DNA from: Candidatus Poribacteria bacterium
Lineage (GTDB): Bacteria; Poribacteria; WGA-4E; UBA9662
DNA: 64,000 bases
Assembly: GCA_046582655.1 (NCBI GenBank)
Contig: JAYGDX010000201.1
Span: 1-64,000, forward strand
Reading direction: 5' to 3'
The notes beneath the pieces are model-generated. The model saw nothing but the letters and a program-made list of their open reading frames with translations. It did not search any database and was not told the DNA's origin. Below are positions 17,777 through 28,459 of the stretch, piece by piece (positions within the stretch are counted from its first letter, which is position 1; the number at the start of each line of letters is the position of its first letter). Position numbers and translations under genes: made by a program.

Positions 17777-20448
17777 AGCGAAATTCCTAACAACCCACGG
17801 GTGAATTGGAAGTCCGTGTTTCCTTTTGCGAACAGTTTTGGTATGTATCGACGTGAGGCAACTTCCAAAACTAGATCAAGGAGGTTGGTTTCGATCTGAT
17901 CCAGATCTGAACTATAAGTTGATTGAGTAACGGGATCCATTGAGATCTGGAGCAGTGGTATCATCCGATGGGATTGAATTGGGTGCCCAACTATATGGGC
18001 GACCATCATGTCAACGCCGGTTGCTCCCAGTCCCGTCATCGTTTCAACTACGTGGCTGGTTGGAGTTTCCATAATGTGGAGTCCCGGCTCGATTTGGCTT
18101 TCTCCGTAGGATATCGTTGGCTCCCAATCTTGGTTGCCGATCACCTCTGTCGTGTAGATGAAAGATTCTGACAGGGTTGCATTTTTTGGAATGACGATTG
18201 TACCACCTTCACCAATAATAGTTTGGGTGAAATCAGCCAAGCTGGATGCAGTGTGACCCGTTATTTCACCTATTGACGTCAGCCCGATATGTAGATCTCG
18301 CAGAAATCCCTCACTATATGTGAGATCTTGCAGTTCAGCAACTGATTGATCAAACCATCGTTCTATTTTCTCAGCTACGGCATCGATACCGCCATCGAGT
18401 TGAACGCTAGCCCAACCATATTTTCCACCGTTGATTCCAAGTTGTGCTAAGTCGTTCTTAATGTAATCGTTATGCGTTTTTTCGCAACCGTGTTCAAGCA
18501 AGACGCCCAAACCAACCATTGGATGAAGCAAATGTCCAATTAGCGTTTGGGCATACAATCTTTCTGAGCTTCCACCTGAAACACCACAACCTTCGGTGTG
18601 TGCTAGAGAAACGAAGCGTGAAATGCCTCGATCCTGTCCCAGTTTCTTCTGATTCAACCGTTTGGTAATTAACTGGGCGATCTGACCAGAACAAAGGCTG
18701 GTTGGTAAGACAAGACCAATCTGATCCGTTTTGGGCCCACTCTCAGTTTGAACAGCTAAAAATTTCCTGTTAGAATTCTTTGTATTATGAACTGAGATTG
18801 ATCGGCCGTTGGGTTTGACCATATTCAAGATCTGGGCTGTTTTGCTGGCATCGTTTTGTTGCCAATTGCGCCATATCGAAACTTGAGAATGCCCTGCTTT
18901 CTCTCCAACGCTTGGTGTCCCAGACGCTATGTCAGCAGTCAGACTGAGCATGTCGGTGCCTAGCTTTTCCATGGGTGTGCCGTCTTGATAAGCACCAGCA
19001 TTAACATCCATATCCTTCTCAAGCAAGTTGAATCTATCCGTAGTGGTAACGATCTTGATTGTTGGTACAAACGGAAAATTGGTAATCGAACCGTTACCAG
19101 TGACAAAAAAGATCATGTTACTACCTGAAGCAACCTGACCTGCAATGCTTTCAAGATCATTGCCTGGGCTATCCATGAAATAATAGCCGGCATCACGCAT
19201 CGGCTCCCCATACTCAATGACATAGTCAAGACACACATCAGGGTGCCGTTTCATTGCGGCGCCGATTGACTTGATGGCAATATTGTAAAGTCCACGAAAA
19301 TTATTTCCTCCAGAGGGGTTTCCTTCTGCTGAGTGGCCATGCCAACTGGCTTTTTCTTGAAACTGTTCAACAGTTGACAAAAATTTCCGAGCGACCTGAA
19401 TTGATCTCACATTTTGTAGAACGTAACTTTCTGCTCCGATAAGTTCATCTGTTTCAGCCAAATTTGCACTTCCTCCATAACGAATCACCTCTTTGGCTAC
19501 ATAGGCCGCTAGTGGATTACCAGAAACACCAGAAAAGGCATCAGATCCGCCACACTGAAGTGCGATCTTCAGGTTTGAGAACGGCTGGGATGTTCGGCTC
19601 ATCTTATTGACTGGTTCAAGCCAAGATTTTACAATATTTTCTGCTTGGTCTAAACTCTGATCGAAACCGCCGCTAATCGAAAAGAATTGATGCAAAACGT
19701 CGCTGATTGGATAGTTATTTTTAACCAAATAGTCGTAAAGCATCTTGTTAGTCACCATTTCATTTTCATAGTCAATAGCAATACATGCACCTATGTTCGG
19801 ATGCACTATGAATCCGGCAAGTGTTTGAAGCAGTAGACTGAGATTATTGGGAGTATTTGCTTCACCGCCTTCAGTATGAGTTATAGATACGATACCATCG
19901 ATTTGGTCTAAATCACTGGCTGCACCAAGAAACCGTTCCTCAATGATCTTGGCAAAACTGGCAGTTTTGGATGTCGTACCAAGGATCCCGATGAAGTTCC
20001 GTGTGCCAACTCCTCGGTTACTGGATCTTTTGTATCCTTCAAATTGGTGATCAGAATCGTATCTTGAAACTTGTGTGCCAGATTGAAACGTCGTTGGATC
20101 AAGTTTATAACGGGGAATATCATTACCAAAGTTTGGTCTGTCCGGCAGTTCGAAATCCAGATTTCTGATTGAAAGCGATTCCAGCATTTTTGCATTAGAC
20201 ACGTAATCACCGGGATTAATCTGTTCAATAGCTGTTCCAAACGGTAACCCCCATGAAAGTAGATGCTGCCTGATTGGAATTAAGTCAACAGCAAACCGAT
20301 GTCCTTCCAGGATAGTATGTGAAATGGCAAAGGTTTGATCGTTGTAGCGAATTTCTGATCCAACTTCAACGACCTGTGTGGCGATTGCAACATTATCACC
20401 TAATGCTGGAAGTAGTCCAATCTCACTGAATTCGTATTTTTCGGCCAT
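17773..20448 (-). CDS. uxaA: UxaA/GarD-family dehydratase, extended form with a duplicated C-terminal half
   Basis: SAF domain (GDNVAIA..GHRFA), VGTRN, HTEGG, ALQCGGSDAFSGVSGNP, GNPSGGN, FMDSPGNDLES; second HTEGCG/LEHGCEK block and LHIMETPT..ETMTGLGATG. Confidence 0.8.
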   Translation of the reverse strand: MAEKYEFSEIGLLPALGDNVAIATQVVEVGSEIRYNDQTFAISHTILEGHRFAVDLIPIRQHLLSWGLPFGTAIEQINPGDYVSNAKMLESLSIRNLDFELPDRPNFGNDIPRYKLDPTTFQSGTQVSRYDSDHQFEGYKRSSNRGVGTRNFIGILGTTSKTASFAKIIEERFLGAASDLDQIDGIVSITHTEGGEANTPNNLSLLLQTLAGFIVHPNIGACIAIDYENEMVTNKMLYDYLVKNNYPISDVLHQFFSISGGFDQSLDQAENIVKSWLEPVNKMSRTSQPFSNLKIALQCGGSDAFSGVSGNPLAAYVAKEVIRYGGSANLAETDELIGAESYVLQNVRSIQVARKFLSTVEQFQEKASWHGHSAEGNPSGGNNFRGLYNIAIKSIGAAMKRHPDVCLDYVIEYGEPMRDAGYYFMDSPGNDLESIAGQVASGSNMIFFVTGNGSITNFPFVPTIKIVTTTDRFNLLEKDMDVNAGAYQDGTPMEKLGTDMLSLTADIASGTPSVGEKAGHSQVSIWRNWQQNDASKTAQILNMVKPNGRSISVHNTKNSNRKFLAVQTESGPKTDQIGLVLPTSLCSGQIAQLITKRLNQKKLGQDRGISRFVSLAHTEGCGVSGGSSERLYAQTLIGHLLHPMVGLGVLLEHGCEKTHNDYIKNDLAQLGINGGKYGWASVQLDGGIDAVAEKIERWFDQSVAELQDLTYSEGFLRDLHIGLTSIGEITGHTASSLADFTQTIIGEGGTIVIPKNATLSESFIYTTEVIGNQDWEPTISYGESQIEPGLHIMETPTSHVVETMTGLGATGVDMMVAHIVGHPIQSHRMIPLLQISMDPVTQSTYSSDLDQIETNLLDLVLEVASRRYIPKLFAKGNTDFQFTRGLLGISL

Positions 20449-20891
20449 GAAATATCTATTTCCTCATTGATTTGTATGCGTTTTTTTAAAAGCCGGTAAC
20501 GAAAAATGTCTCATCGGCTTTATCCAGCATCGTCAATTTCCATACCGCACTTATGATGCAATCTCTGATCTGACAAGAGCCGTTTGTTCTCCTGCTCTTG
20601 ATTTTTGCCCTCAAGCCATCCACCAAACAGACCAAGATTGCCTCTGGATAATTACAGTTGAATCCCTATGTTGATGATGGGTAAAGAATTTGGGCATATA
20701 GATTCTCAATATGTCTGAATAACTGTCGATATATAAAGGCATATCGCCTCAGAACACGGTTTGAAAAAACTCATTAGGTTAGTTTAACAAATATCTGTGA
20801 CAGATGTGTTTTTTTGTTGGTAGTTACTGTTTAATTCTTTAATTTTTATTTGTTTGCTACCATTTTCTTAAATGTTAACAGAGGTTGGGTG

Positions 20892-21411
20892 ATGAACATT
20901 TCAAGCATTTCAGCAAACTTTGTTCGCAAGCTGTTTGCTGATAGTCAATCCCGGTTGAAGCCTAATAAGGGAAAAACTGAGCCCGACCAAATGGTGGATA
21001 TTGATGCCAACATTAATACTGATCAGGTAGATTCAGTAGCAGCATATCTTTTACCCGATTCACCAAGGATGCAAAAACAGTTAACATCACTTTTACCGTC
21101 GTTAGGTCTGTCAGTTAATGATAATTTAAAACAGGCTTTGGATCTGGCGTAATCAGTTTCACAGCCGGCATAGTATTATACAGCCGGCGATTTCTATTTA
21201 TGGAGCTATGATTCAGGCCAACATTGAAGCCAGTCAACCCAACCCAGATGATATGAATATCCAATTTTTAAATCATCTTTTCCAACCGATCAATCTTACC
21301 AATCACTTTTTCGAACTGTTTAATGGACAGAACTATCCCTATATTGACATATTATCCGGGTTGATTGATAAGTCTTCTCTGGATGACTCGGTAATAGATC
21401 GCCTGCTGTAG
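20892..21411 (+). pseudogene. Hypothetical gene, possibly split (20892-21152 and 21208-21411)
   Basis: Two same-strand coding-like ORFs in different frames 55 nt apart; AGAGG RBS before ATG 20892; no family recognised. Confidence 0.3.
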
Positions 21412-21648
21412 AAATCGCTCAACAACTTAATTTCCATTTGATGTTCTTACCGTTTTCTATGGCTGATCATTTTGATTTAAACTATTGTCATTAATTGGCG
21501 TCTAAAGTAACAACTGTTACTGGGTTTAAATTCAAGGTTTGCACACACCAATTTAATTTTTCACATTTGCTTTTTCCCTATGGTTTATACCATTATTAAA
21601 TTTTATCTGTAAGCAAACAAAAGAAAATTAAAGTAAGAGGGGTGTGTG

Positions 21649-21960
21649 ATGAGATCCTGTGTGATGATTTTAACTCCAGCTCTAATTTCGGTTAATTTAT
21701 TAGATGTTGTGCTTGATGGAGGCATTGTTCTTTATCTGATCTTTAATGATGTTGGGGTGCGACAAATAGCCCAAAAAATCACTTAGTTGCGCGACAAAAT
21801 GGAAGACAGAAACGGCATCATATTATGGGAACTTATGATGGTAAGACAAAAAGAATCCATCTCGATAGTGTGTTACTTGCATGAACAAGGCGAAAAGTTT
21901 AAGTTTGCCGGAAAAAACGATGAACTCTACGTATATTGAACCTATCAATACGTGAACAAG
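21649..21960 (+). pseudogene. Degraded LamG (concanavalin-like) secreted protein remnant
   Basis: RBS AGAGGGG and ATG 21649, then signal-like start and LDGGIVLYLIFND; after a stop, RHHIMGTYDGKTKRIHLD (from 21813) resembles the LamG WHHxxxTYDG motif seen intact at 28456. Confidence 0.55.
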
Positions 21961-22069
21961 CCTGCCCTGGGGGCTCGACTTTTCAGCGATAGCGAACGGT
22001 TAAGTGGGAGTTACCTAAGTGATAAATAATGATAGTAATTTGATAGATTGTCAATTCTAGCGAACATTA

Positions 22070-24022
22070 TTACCCCGGCAGCATGGTGTATCCATCTCCT
22101 GCAATCATACCAAAAACCGCCCATACACCGCCGATAAAGCAATCACCAAGAACCAGTCCGAAAAAGAATGGTTTCGCCTGCTGGAACTGTTTTAAACCTC
22201 CATACTTAAGCAACGTAGACTTGACCAACCATCCGATAAAGATTGAAAACCATAGGTTGTTCAGTGGCCATTCTCCTGGTGAAGAAACAAATCCGATTGG
22301 GTGTAATGGCCACCAGATAAAATTGTTACGTATCCAATATAGACCAGCCATTATAATTGCACCAACGCCGATAAAACTGAGGTTCACCCAATTGGTTTCG
22401 GTTGGTAGTTGAAACTGCGTTTCCAACCATCGGAACGGAGTTTGTGGTGCAGTGACAAAAGTCCAATGTTGCATGTTCAATGCGCCTGTTCGGTAGACGA
22501 TCCACAGGAAGGTAATACAAGTTAAGACAACTGCTAAGGTTAGTGCAAGCACTATTGACATGAGCAATTGTTTCCCGTTAACTTTAGCAGTATCTGCCAT
22601 CTTGAATATGTTACTGACATGGGGCATCAAGAAACCACGCTTGGTCCGAAAAATTGCCGCAGGTATGGTCAAAACCGATAGGCTATTTCGTCCAATGCCT
22701 CCAGACCCCAAGGCAGTATGGTACAAATCAAAAGCACGGAAGGAACTGTTGATGTGCAAGATGCCACCGGCAATTACCATATAGGTTAGCATGATTGAGG
22801 AGATTCCCATCAAAGCAACCACACCGAAACAGAGGGCGAGTGATGCACCTGCCAAGTGTAGTAAAATAGAGGGAATTAAAATACCGAGTAAAAGGCATGG
22901 TAGGATCCACGGTTCCGAGATCGGTTCGCTTGGATCTAGCTCTTTTCGATTAAAAAATGTTCCTAGCATTCGAAGCAGATGGTGTCTTCCAACCCAAACA
23001 AAGTAAACTACGGATACAATGTAACCTCCCATCTCCATGTGCGAAGCATAAGCGCGGCTGCCATAGCCCATTGATACTTTCATCGGTATGGCAAAAGCAG
23101 TACCAATGACCAATTGCAGTCGATAAAGTAAGAAAAAGACCCAAATGCTTAAGGCCACGTCCAAGCGAATTAGGTAGGTGAATCCAATCATAGAAGGAAA
23201 AAAGTACAGCCATAATGGGCGGAGAGCGTTCCACGGTTTTTCGCTTAAATAGGGATCTAAACGTAGTTTTAAGGGAAGGATCGGGAAAGATGGAAAATAA
23301 AAGTTCAGACCATTGCAAGCGTGTATTAGTACTGGAATTGAGAACCCTATCCACAACAACCGATTCTGAAAGAGCGAATTGAAGTAGTTGACCGGTGCGG
23401 GTGGAGATATCATCTCATTTGGTAGTTGTGCTAGGGGAAAAATATATTTTTCGCGTTCGATCCACTGCCGGCGAAAAATCACACTCAAGGTGATCATCAA
23501 TAACCACAACCCACCGATAACGCTCATCCAAAAAACGAGTGGTTTGATCCAGGAAAAATAGGGAATTGGCATTCCTTCCGGCATTTTTTCATAGAAAAAA
23601 CGGATCGTATCGGGGTCTGTTGGTGCCAACCAGTTCGAGAAATAGGGCCCGAAAAGTGTCTGCCAATCGTTTTCTGGTGTAGCGAAATATCGAAACCCAA
23701 CCAAGAGTGGAAACACCCATCTTGCTAATCCAACTGTTGGAATCCCAATTGAGACCAACATCATACACCAGATGGTGACCAATTCTGTCTCGCGCAGCAT
23801 CCACTTGTGACGGATAACCTTCAAAATTGGGTTAACCAACAGCAAAATTAGGATGAGCAGAAAAATTGATCCTATCGGAAAATGATTTCCTGCCAAAAAA
23901 GTACCTTCGATCAGGAAATCGTTGTAAGGCACCACAATACAAAATAAGACAACACAGGCCAAACCGATTACTATGGAACGAAGGGAAATATCGTGTTGAA
24001 AGGCAGGCTTAGACAAATCCAT
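22070..24022 (-). CDS. Polytopic membrane protein, DUF6785/DUF6784 (putative peptide transporter) type
   Basis: Many TM segments; RRQWIEREKYIFPLAQLP, C-terminal WWPLHPIGF, SIFIGWLVK..LKYGG, PFFFGLVLGD; GGAGAGGA RBS before ATG 24022. Confidence 0.8.
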   Translation of the reverse strand: MDLSKPAFQHDISLRSIVIGLACVVLFCIVVPYNDFLIEGTFLAGNHFPIGSIFLLILILLLVNPILKVIRHKWMLRETELVTIWCMMLVSIGIPTVGLARWVFPLLVGFRYFATPENDWQTLFGPYFSNWLAPTDPDTIRFFYEKMPEGMPIPYFSWIKPLVFWMSVIGGLWLLMITLSVIFRRQWIEREKYIFPLAQLPNEMISPPAPVNYFNSLFQNRLLWIGFSIPVLIHACNGLNFYFPSFPILPLKLRLDPYLSEKPWNALRPLWLYFFPSMIGFTYLIRLDVALSIWVFFLLYRLQLVIGTAFAIPMKVSMGYGSRAYASHMEMGGYIVSVVYFVWVGRHHLLRMLGTFFNRKELDPSEPISEPWILPCLLLGILIPSILLHLAGASLALCFGVVALMGISSIMLTYMVIAGGILHINSSFRAFDLYHTALGSGGIGRNSLSVLTIPAAIFRTKRGFLMPHVSNIFKMADTAKVNGKQLLMSIVLALTLAVVLTCITFLWIVYRTGALNMQHWTFVTAPQTPFRWLETQFQLPTETNWVNLSFIGVGAIIMAGLYWIRNNFIWWPLHPIGFVSSPGEWPLNNLWFSIFIGWLVKSTLLKYGGLKQFQQAKPFFFGLVLGDCFIGGVWAVFGMIAGDGYTMLPG

Positions 24023-24374
24023 TGCATCCTCTCCATCTGTCAAATCGAGAATGATACCGTTGAGATCTACTTTACTTCCAAGAATCTGCTGAAGCGTTCC
24101 AACAGAACAATCTGGAACAATTTCAATATAACATTTTCATAGGTTTAAGTTTATCACGAACACGAATAGCATTGAAATACTTACCATCTCTTCATGATAA
24201 AATGATACTATGAAAGTTCAGTCTTTAAAATTACCATAACTTTCTGATATCCAAATATCTAAAGTCTTGTGTTGTATGTGGCTCCGGACCATTTAAAACG
24301 AAAGTCATTTATTGAGCCAAAGAAAAAGAAACATATGCGGGTTACGCAGGTGTATAGATGCTGAAGAGATAGCC

Positions 24375-25481
24375 ATGAACAATTTGACCTATTTTCTTGA
24401 TCAACCCGGTGGCATCTTCACTGCTGCCACCGGATTGATTCCTGAGCCTGGTCCGGGTGAAATTCGTTTACGTACCCTCAAAACCTCAGTTTGCCAGTCA
24501 GATGTTGTCATACATCGGCAAGGACTACCGAGGATCAAGCAGTGGCCTGCCATTCTCTTTCATGAGGCCTGTTGCGTAATCGACGCGGTGGGTGGAAGAG
24601 TCGAGGACTACGCCCCCGGTGACCTGGTGGGATTAGGATGTGACATCCCATGTGGCGACCTGAATTGCATCTACTGTGGAACCAACGGTACTGGAGATTG
24701 GACTAGTTGTCCTGACACTCAGGCTACAGGCCACGAGTTCCCGGGCTTTGCACGCTTGTATGCCATTCTGCCTGATTGGTTCGTTAAGCTGGGTCCCATC
24801 GTTAAATTCCCCGAAGATTTTGATCCGAGTTACGCTTGTCAATTGGAACCGTTAGCCTGCTGTCTTGAGGGCATGACGCGTGTCAACAATTGCATCGAAA
24901 ACCGGATCGTGGTACTCATCGGGGCTGGATCACAAAGTACCTACGCTCTGCAATGCGCACAGGCAATGAACGCTCGCAAGATCATCGTCATTAACCGGGG
25001 GCAAGAACGTCTTGAACGAGTGATGAATGACTTTGGCGATGATAACGTGTTGGGGATTCGTTGGGATGAACAGGTTGTGGATAACGTTTTCAAAGCCTGC
25101 CAACCATTCAATGAACCTCATTTCGTAATGGTCAATGCCCCATGCCGGGAGGCCTATGAGTTGGCGCCAAATCTGATGGGGTACGGCACGGTCCTCGACG
25201 GCCACGCAGGTGTCAAAGGTGCATCAGGTAAACCGCGAATTTCACATCAGGTCGATCTCAACAACGACATCCACTACCGTCTACAATGCTATCAGGCCAC
25301 CCACGGTTCCAGTATGCACGGCATTCGTTTAGCACATCAGTTCTTGACAGAAGGCCGCCTACCAAAGATCGGCTTGATGACTAACGAAACAGAACGCTTT
25401 CAACATACTGAACTGGATAAAGCCATTGCTCGTGCGGCTGATTCTGACAGCCTGAAGATTATTGTTGATTGGGATCAGTAA
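24375..25481 (+). CDS. Zn-dependent alcohol dehydrogenase (MDR family)
   Basis: SVCQSD, ILFHE, structural-Zn PCGDLNCIYC..C, LEPLAC, VLIGAG. Confidence 0.85.
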   Translation: MNNLTYFLDQPGGIFTAATGLIPEPGPGEIRLRTLKTSVCQSDVVIHRQGLPRIKQWPAILFHEACCVIDAVGGRVEDYAPGDLVGLGCDIPCGDLNCIYCGTNGTGDWTSCPDTQATGHEFPGFARLYAILPDWFVKLGPIVKFPEDFDPSYACQLEPLACCLEGMTRVNNCIENRIVVLIGAGSQSTYALQCAQAMNARKIIVINRGQERLERVMNDFGDDNVLGIRWDEQVVDNVFKACQPFNEPHFVMVNAPCREAYELAPNLMGYGTVLDGHAGVKGASGKPRISHQVDLNNDIHYRLQCYQATHGSSMHGIRLAHQFLTEGRLPKIGLMTNETERFQHTELDKAIARAADSDSLKIIVDWDQ

Positions 25482-25579
25482 TCTAGATTGTTGCGGCAGA
25501 AAGCATGACCATCTTCGATTAACAGCCCGTTTCGTTACCACCAAATCTAAAGGATGTTAGTAAAAATTAAAAGAATCTT

Positions 25580-26821
25580 ATGGATAAATTGATTGAACAT
25601 TGGTCACAATTGGTGCTTGGTGTCGGTGCACAGTTCGAACTTGCAGGACGGATTGTTGGCATTATTTTATTGATTATACTGTATCCGATCTTGTATTCGG
25701 TCAGTCGACGATTGATCTATGCCACGTTCGACCGACTTTTAGCTTGGATTATCAAGGAGAACTTAGATCTTAATGAACATAGGCTTGCCAAGCGTCTGAC
25801 ACTTTTCTTTTTTGCTTGTATTTCCTACGCCGCTTTGCCTTTCATATTGATCGGCTATAACACGGTCATCCAGTTGGCTAGAAACATCAATATGGTTTGT
25901 CTCATACTGGTTGGTACCCTTGTTATTAGTTCGTTTCTTGACTTATTTCTGACTATTTATGGTTCCTCTAAGACCTCGCATGACATTCCACTCAAAGCCA
26001 CAGTACAGGTGATCAAAATTGTTGTTTACTTCGTCTGCGGGATCTTCATTGTCTCACTTATCCTAAACAAAACACCTCTGTATCTGCTCAGCGGTCTGAG
26101 TGCGTTAGGAGCGGTACTCTTGCTGGTTTTCCGAGATTCAATCCTCGGTTTCGTGGCAGGTATTCAGCTGATTGCCAACCGAATGGTAGCTAAAGGTGAC
26201 TGGATTGAGATGCCCAAATACGACGCCGATGGAGATGTCATCGAAATTGCGTTGACCACTGTCAAAGTACAGAACTGGGATAAAACCATTGCCACCATTC
26301 CTACCTATGCGCTGATTGGGGAATCGTTCAAGAATTGGCGTGGTATGAAAGAGTCGGGTGGTCGCCGGATCAAGCGGACCATTAATATCGATGTCTCAAC
26401 CATTAAGTTTTGCAATGAGGAAATGCTGAAACGATTTTCTGAAATCCAATACATTGCTAACTATATCCAGATCAAAAAGGAAGAACTCTCCATCTACAAC
26501 GACGAAAATGAAGTTGACAACACCAGCTTAGCTAATGGAAGAAGATTAACCAATGTGGGTACTTTTCGTGCCTATACCGTAGCTTATTTAAGAAACCATC
26601 CAATGATTAGTCAGGAGATGACTTTTCTGGTACGGCACTTGGCACCAGCCGGGTACGGCCTACCGATCGAGATCTACGTCTTCAGTAAAGACACAATTTG
26701 GGCTAACTATGAAGGTATTCAAGCTGATATCTTCGACCACCTACTGGCAGTTGTGCCGGAGTTTGACTTAAAAGTCTTCCAGAACCCGTCGGGATCAGAT
26801 TTTCATCGACTTGTTTCTTAG
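25580..26821 (+). CDS. mscS: Small-conductance mechanosensitive channel (YbdG/MscM type)
   Basis: LVFRDSILGFVAGIQL, GDWIEMP..ADGDV, TTVKVQNWDKTI, SFKNWRGMKESGGRRIKR, TNVGTFRAY, QADIFDH. Confidence 0.93.
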   Translation: MDKLIEHWSQLVLGVGAQFELAGRIVGIILLIILYPILYSVSRRLIYATFDRLLAWIIKENLDLNEHRLAKRLTLFFFACISYAALPFILIGYNTVIQLARNINMVCLILVGTLVISSFLDLFLTIYGSSKTSHDIPLKATVQVIKIVVYFVCGIFIVSLILNKTPLYLLSGLSALGAVLLLVFRDSILGFVAGIQLIANRMVAKGDWIEMPKYDADGDVIEIALTTVKVQNWDKTIATIPTYALIGESFKNWRGMKESGGRRIKRTINIDVSTIKFCNEEMLKRFSEIQYIANYIQIKKEELSIYNDENEVDNTSLANGRRLTNVGTFRAYTVAYLRNHPMISQEMTFLVRHLAPAGYGLPIEIYVFSKDTIWANYEGIQADIFDHLLAVVPEFDLKVFQNPSGSDFHRLVS

Positions 26822-27397
26822 AAGGAACGAGAATTTGAACACATTATTAGGGTAAGCGCACAAAAGTTAAGTAGATTATAAATCCAACAAGCTTAAAGAT
26901 TAGGACACTGGATAAATTGTGCAAATAATAGTTGATAGAAACCTAATTCTGGATAATGCCAATCTAAATTGGGCTTGCAATAATTTCTGTAGTTCTGTAG
27001 ATTTTAGCATTGAAATTGTCTGCGTTGAGTTTGATCTTGGTAAACTTTTATACAGCTTATTATGGACTATTTGGTGTCATTCTTGTTGTGTCCTATGCTA
27101 TTACAATTATCCAAATTCGTATTGAGTTAGGACTTTCGGCTCACGATTTTGAAGGGATGGATTGTAGAACGAATCTTCCGTTGTTATTTGGATCCAGCAA
27201 CCTCGGTGCCAGAAATTTGACTTCGAGTGTGGTGAATTCCAAAAACAGAATGGTTTACAAACCAACAGGGACTGCTTTTTTCCAGAGATTAATCCATGAA
27301 GCTTTTATCCGTAGCAGGTAGTTGGCTGGCAATCAGTGCGATTCTTGATCTATAGTAGATTTACGTTTTTATTCAAAAAATTAAAGGAGATAGCCAA

Positions 27398-28459
27398 ATG
27401 GGCAAAATTAAACTTGGCATCATTGGGGCTGGAGGGATTGTTCGCCGTCTACATCTGCCTGATATTGCAAAAGGAGATGATTTTGAAGTGACAGTTATTA
27501 GTGGTAGGAAAGAACATCGCTTAAAACAGCAGGTAGAGGAATTCGGTATTCCGCATTGTACACAAGACTATGAAGCTGTTGTCTCCGATGATTCTATCCA
27601 AGGGATTATTGTTGGGACACCGCACCCACAACACGTATCTTGGGGCATAAAGGCCATAGAGGCCGGTAAGCATGTGTTAATGCAAAAACCACTCTGTGGC
27701 GATATGGTAGAAGCAAATGATTTTGTAGAAGCTGTAAAAAAAAGTGATCGTACGATTATGTGCTTACCGCATTTTGGCGCTCCGGTTTACAAAGCCAAAC
27801 AACTCATCGCTGATGGTGCTATTGGTAGGGTTTCAGGCGCCAGATGGCGGTCCAGTCACGGAGGACCAGAGATATATTACGCTGAAATTCGGGACTTGTT
27901 TGGTGAGAAATCTGATGATCTATGGTTTTTCGATTCAAAACGGGCCAGCGTCGGTGCTCTGTTTGACATGGGTGTGTATGGCATATCGAGTCTTGTGGCC
28001 ATACTTGGCACGTTTAAGCGTCTTACTGGTTTTGTGTCCACTTTTGATAAACCAACGGATCTGGAGGATGTGGCAACGCTGGTGCTGGAAACAGAGGAGG
28101 GTGGAATCGTTACTGCTGAAACCAGTTGGTGTGATCCTTCGCGCACTTCTGAAGGCAGTATCCATGGTACGGCAGGGAAGTTCACCTTCCCCGGCAGAGA
28201 CGGCGCAGCGCTGAGTCAGTTCACTCCGACGTCTTATACGCGGGAACACGCACCTGTTGACGTCAAGGCAATTGACTGTTCAGACGGCAATCCGGGAGGA
28301 ATGCATGAGCACTTCGCTCAACATATTCGTGAAGGAACACAGCCGCCGCTATCAAATGCTTATGCTGCCCGTCACGTGACTGAAATTATGCTGGCCGGAA
28401 TTGAATCATCAAATACTGGCCAAGTAATTGAACTAAAAACACGAGTTGACGTCCAGTGA
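27398..28459 (+). CDS. Gfo/Idh/MocA family oxidoreductase
   Basis: IKLGIIGAGGI, GTPHPQH, AGKHVLMQKP, GALFDMGVY; AAGGAG RBS. Confidence 0.92.
   Translation: MGKIKLGIIGAGGIVRRLHLPDIAKGDDFEVTVISGRKEHRLKQQVEEFGIPHCTQDYEAVVSDDSIQGIIVGTPHPQHVSWGIKAIEAGKHVLMQKPLCGDMVEANDFVEAVKKSDRTIMCLPHFGAPVYKAKQLIADGAIGRVSGARWRSSHGGPEIYYAEIRDLFGEKSDDLWFFDSKRASVGALFDMGVYGISSLVAILGTFKRLTGFVSTFDKPTDLEDVATLVLETEEGGIVTAETSWCDPSRTSEGSIHGTAGKFTFPGRDGAALSQFTPTSYTREHAPVDVKAIDCSDGNPGGMHEHFAQHIREGTQPPLSNAYAARHVTEIMLAGIESSNTGQVIELKTRVDVQ

Noticed and set aside
26850..27330. ORFs 26919-27125 and 27010-27321
   Set aside because: No RBS or family motif; AT-rich and likely spurious or decayed
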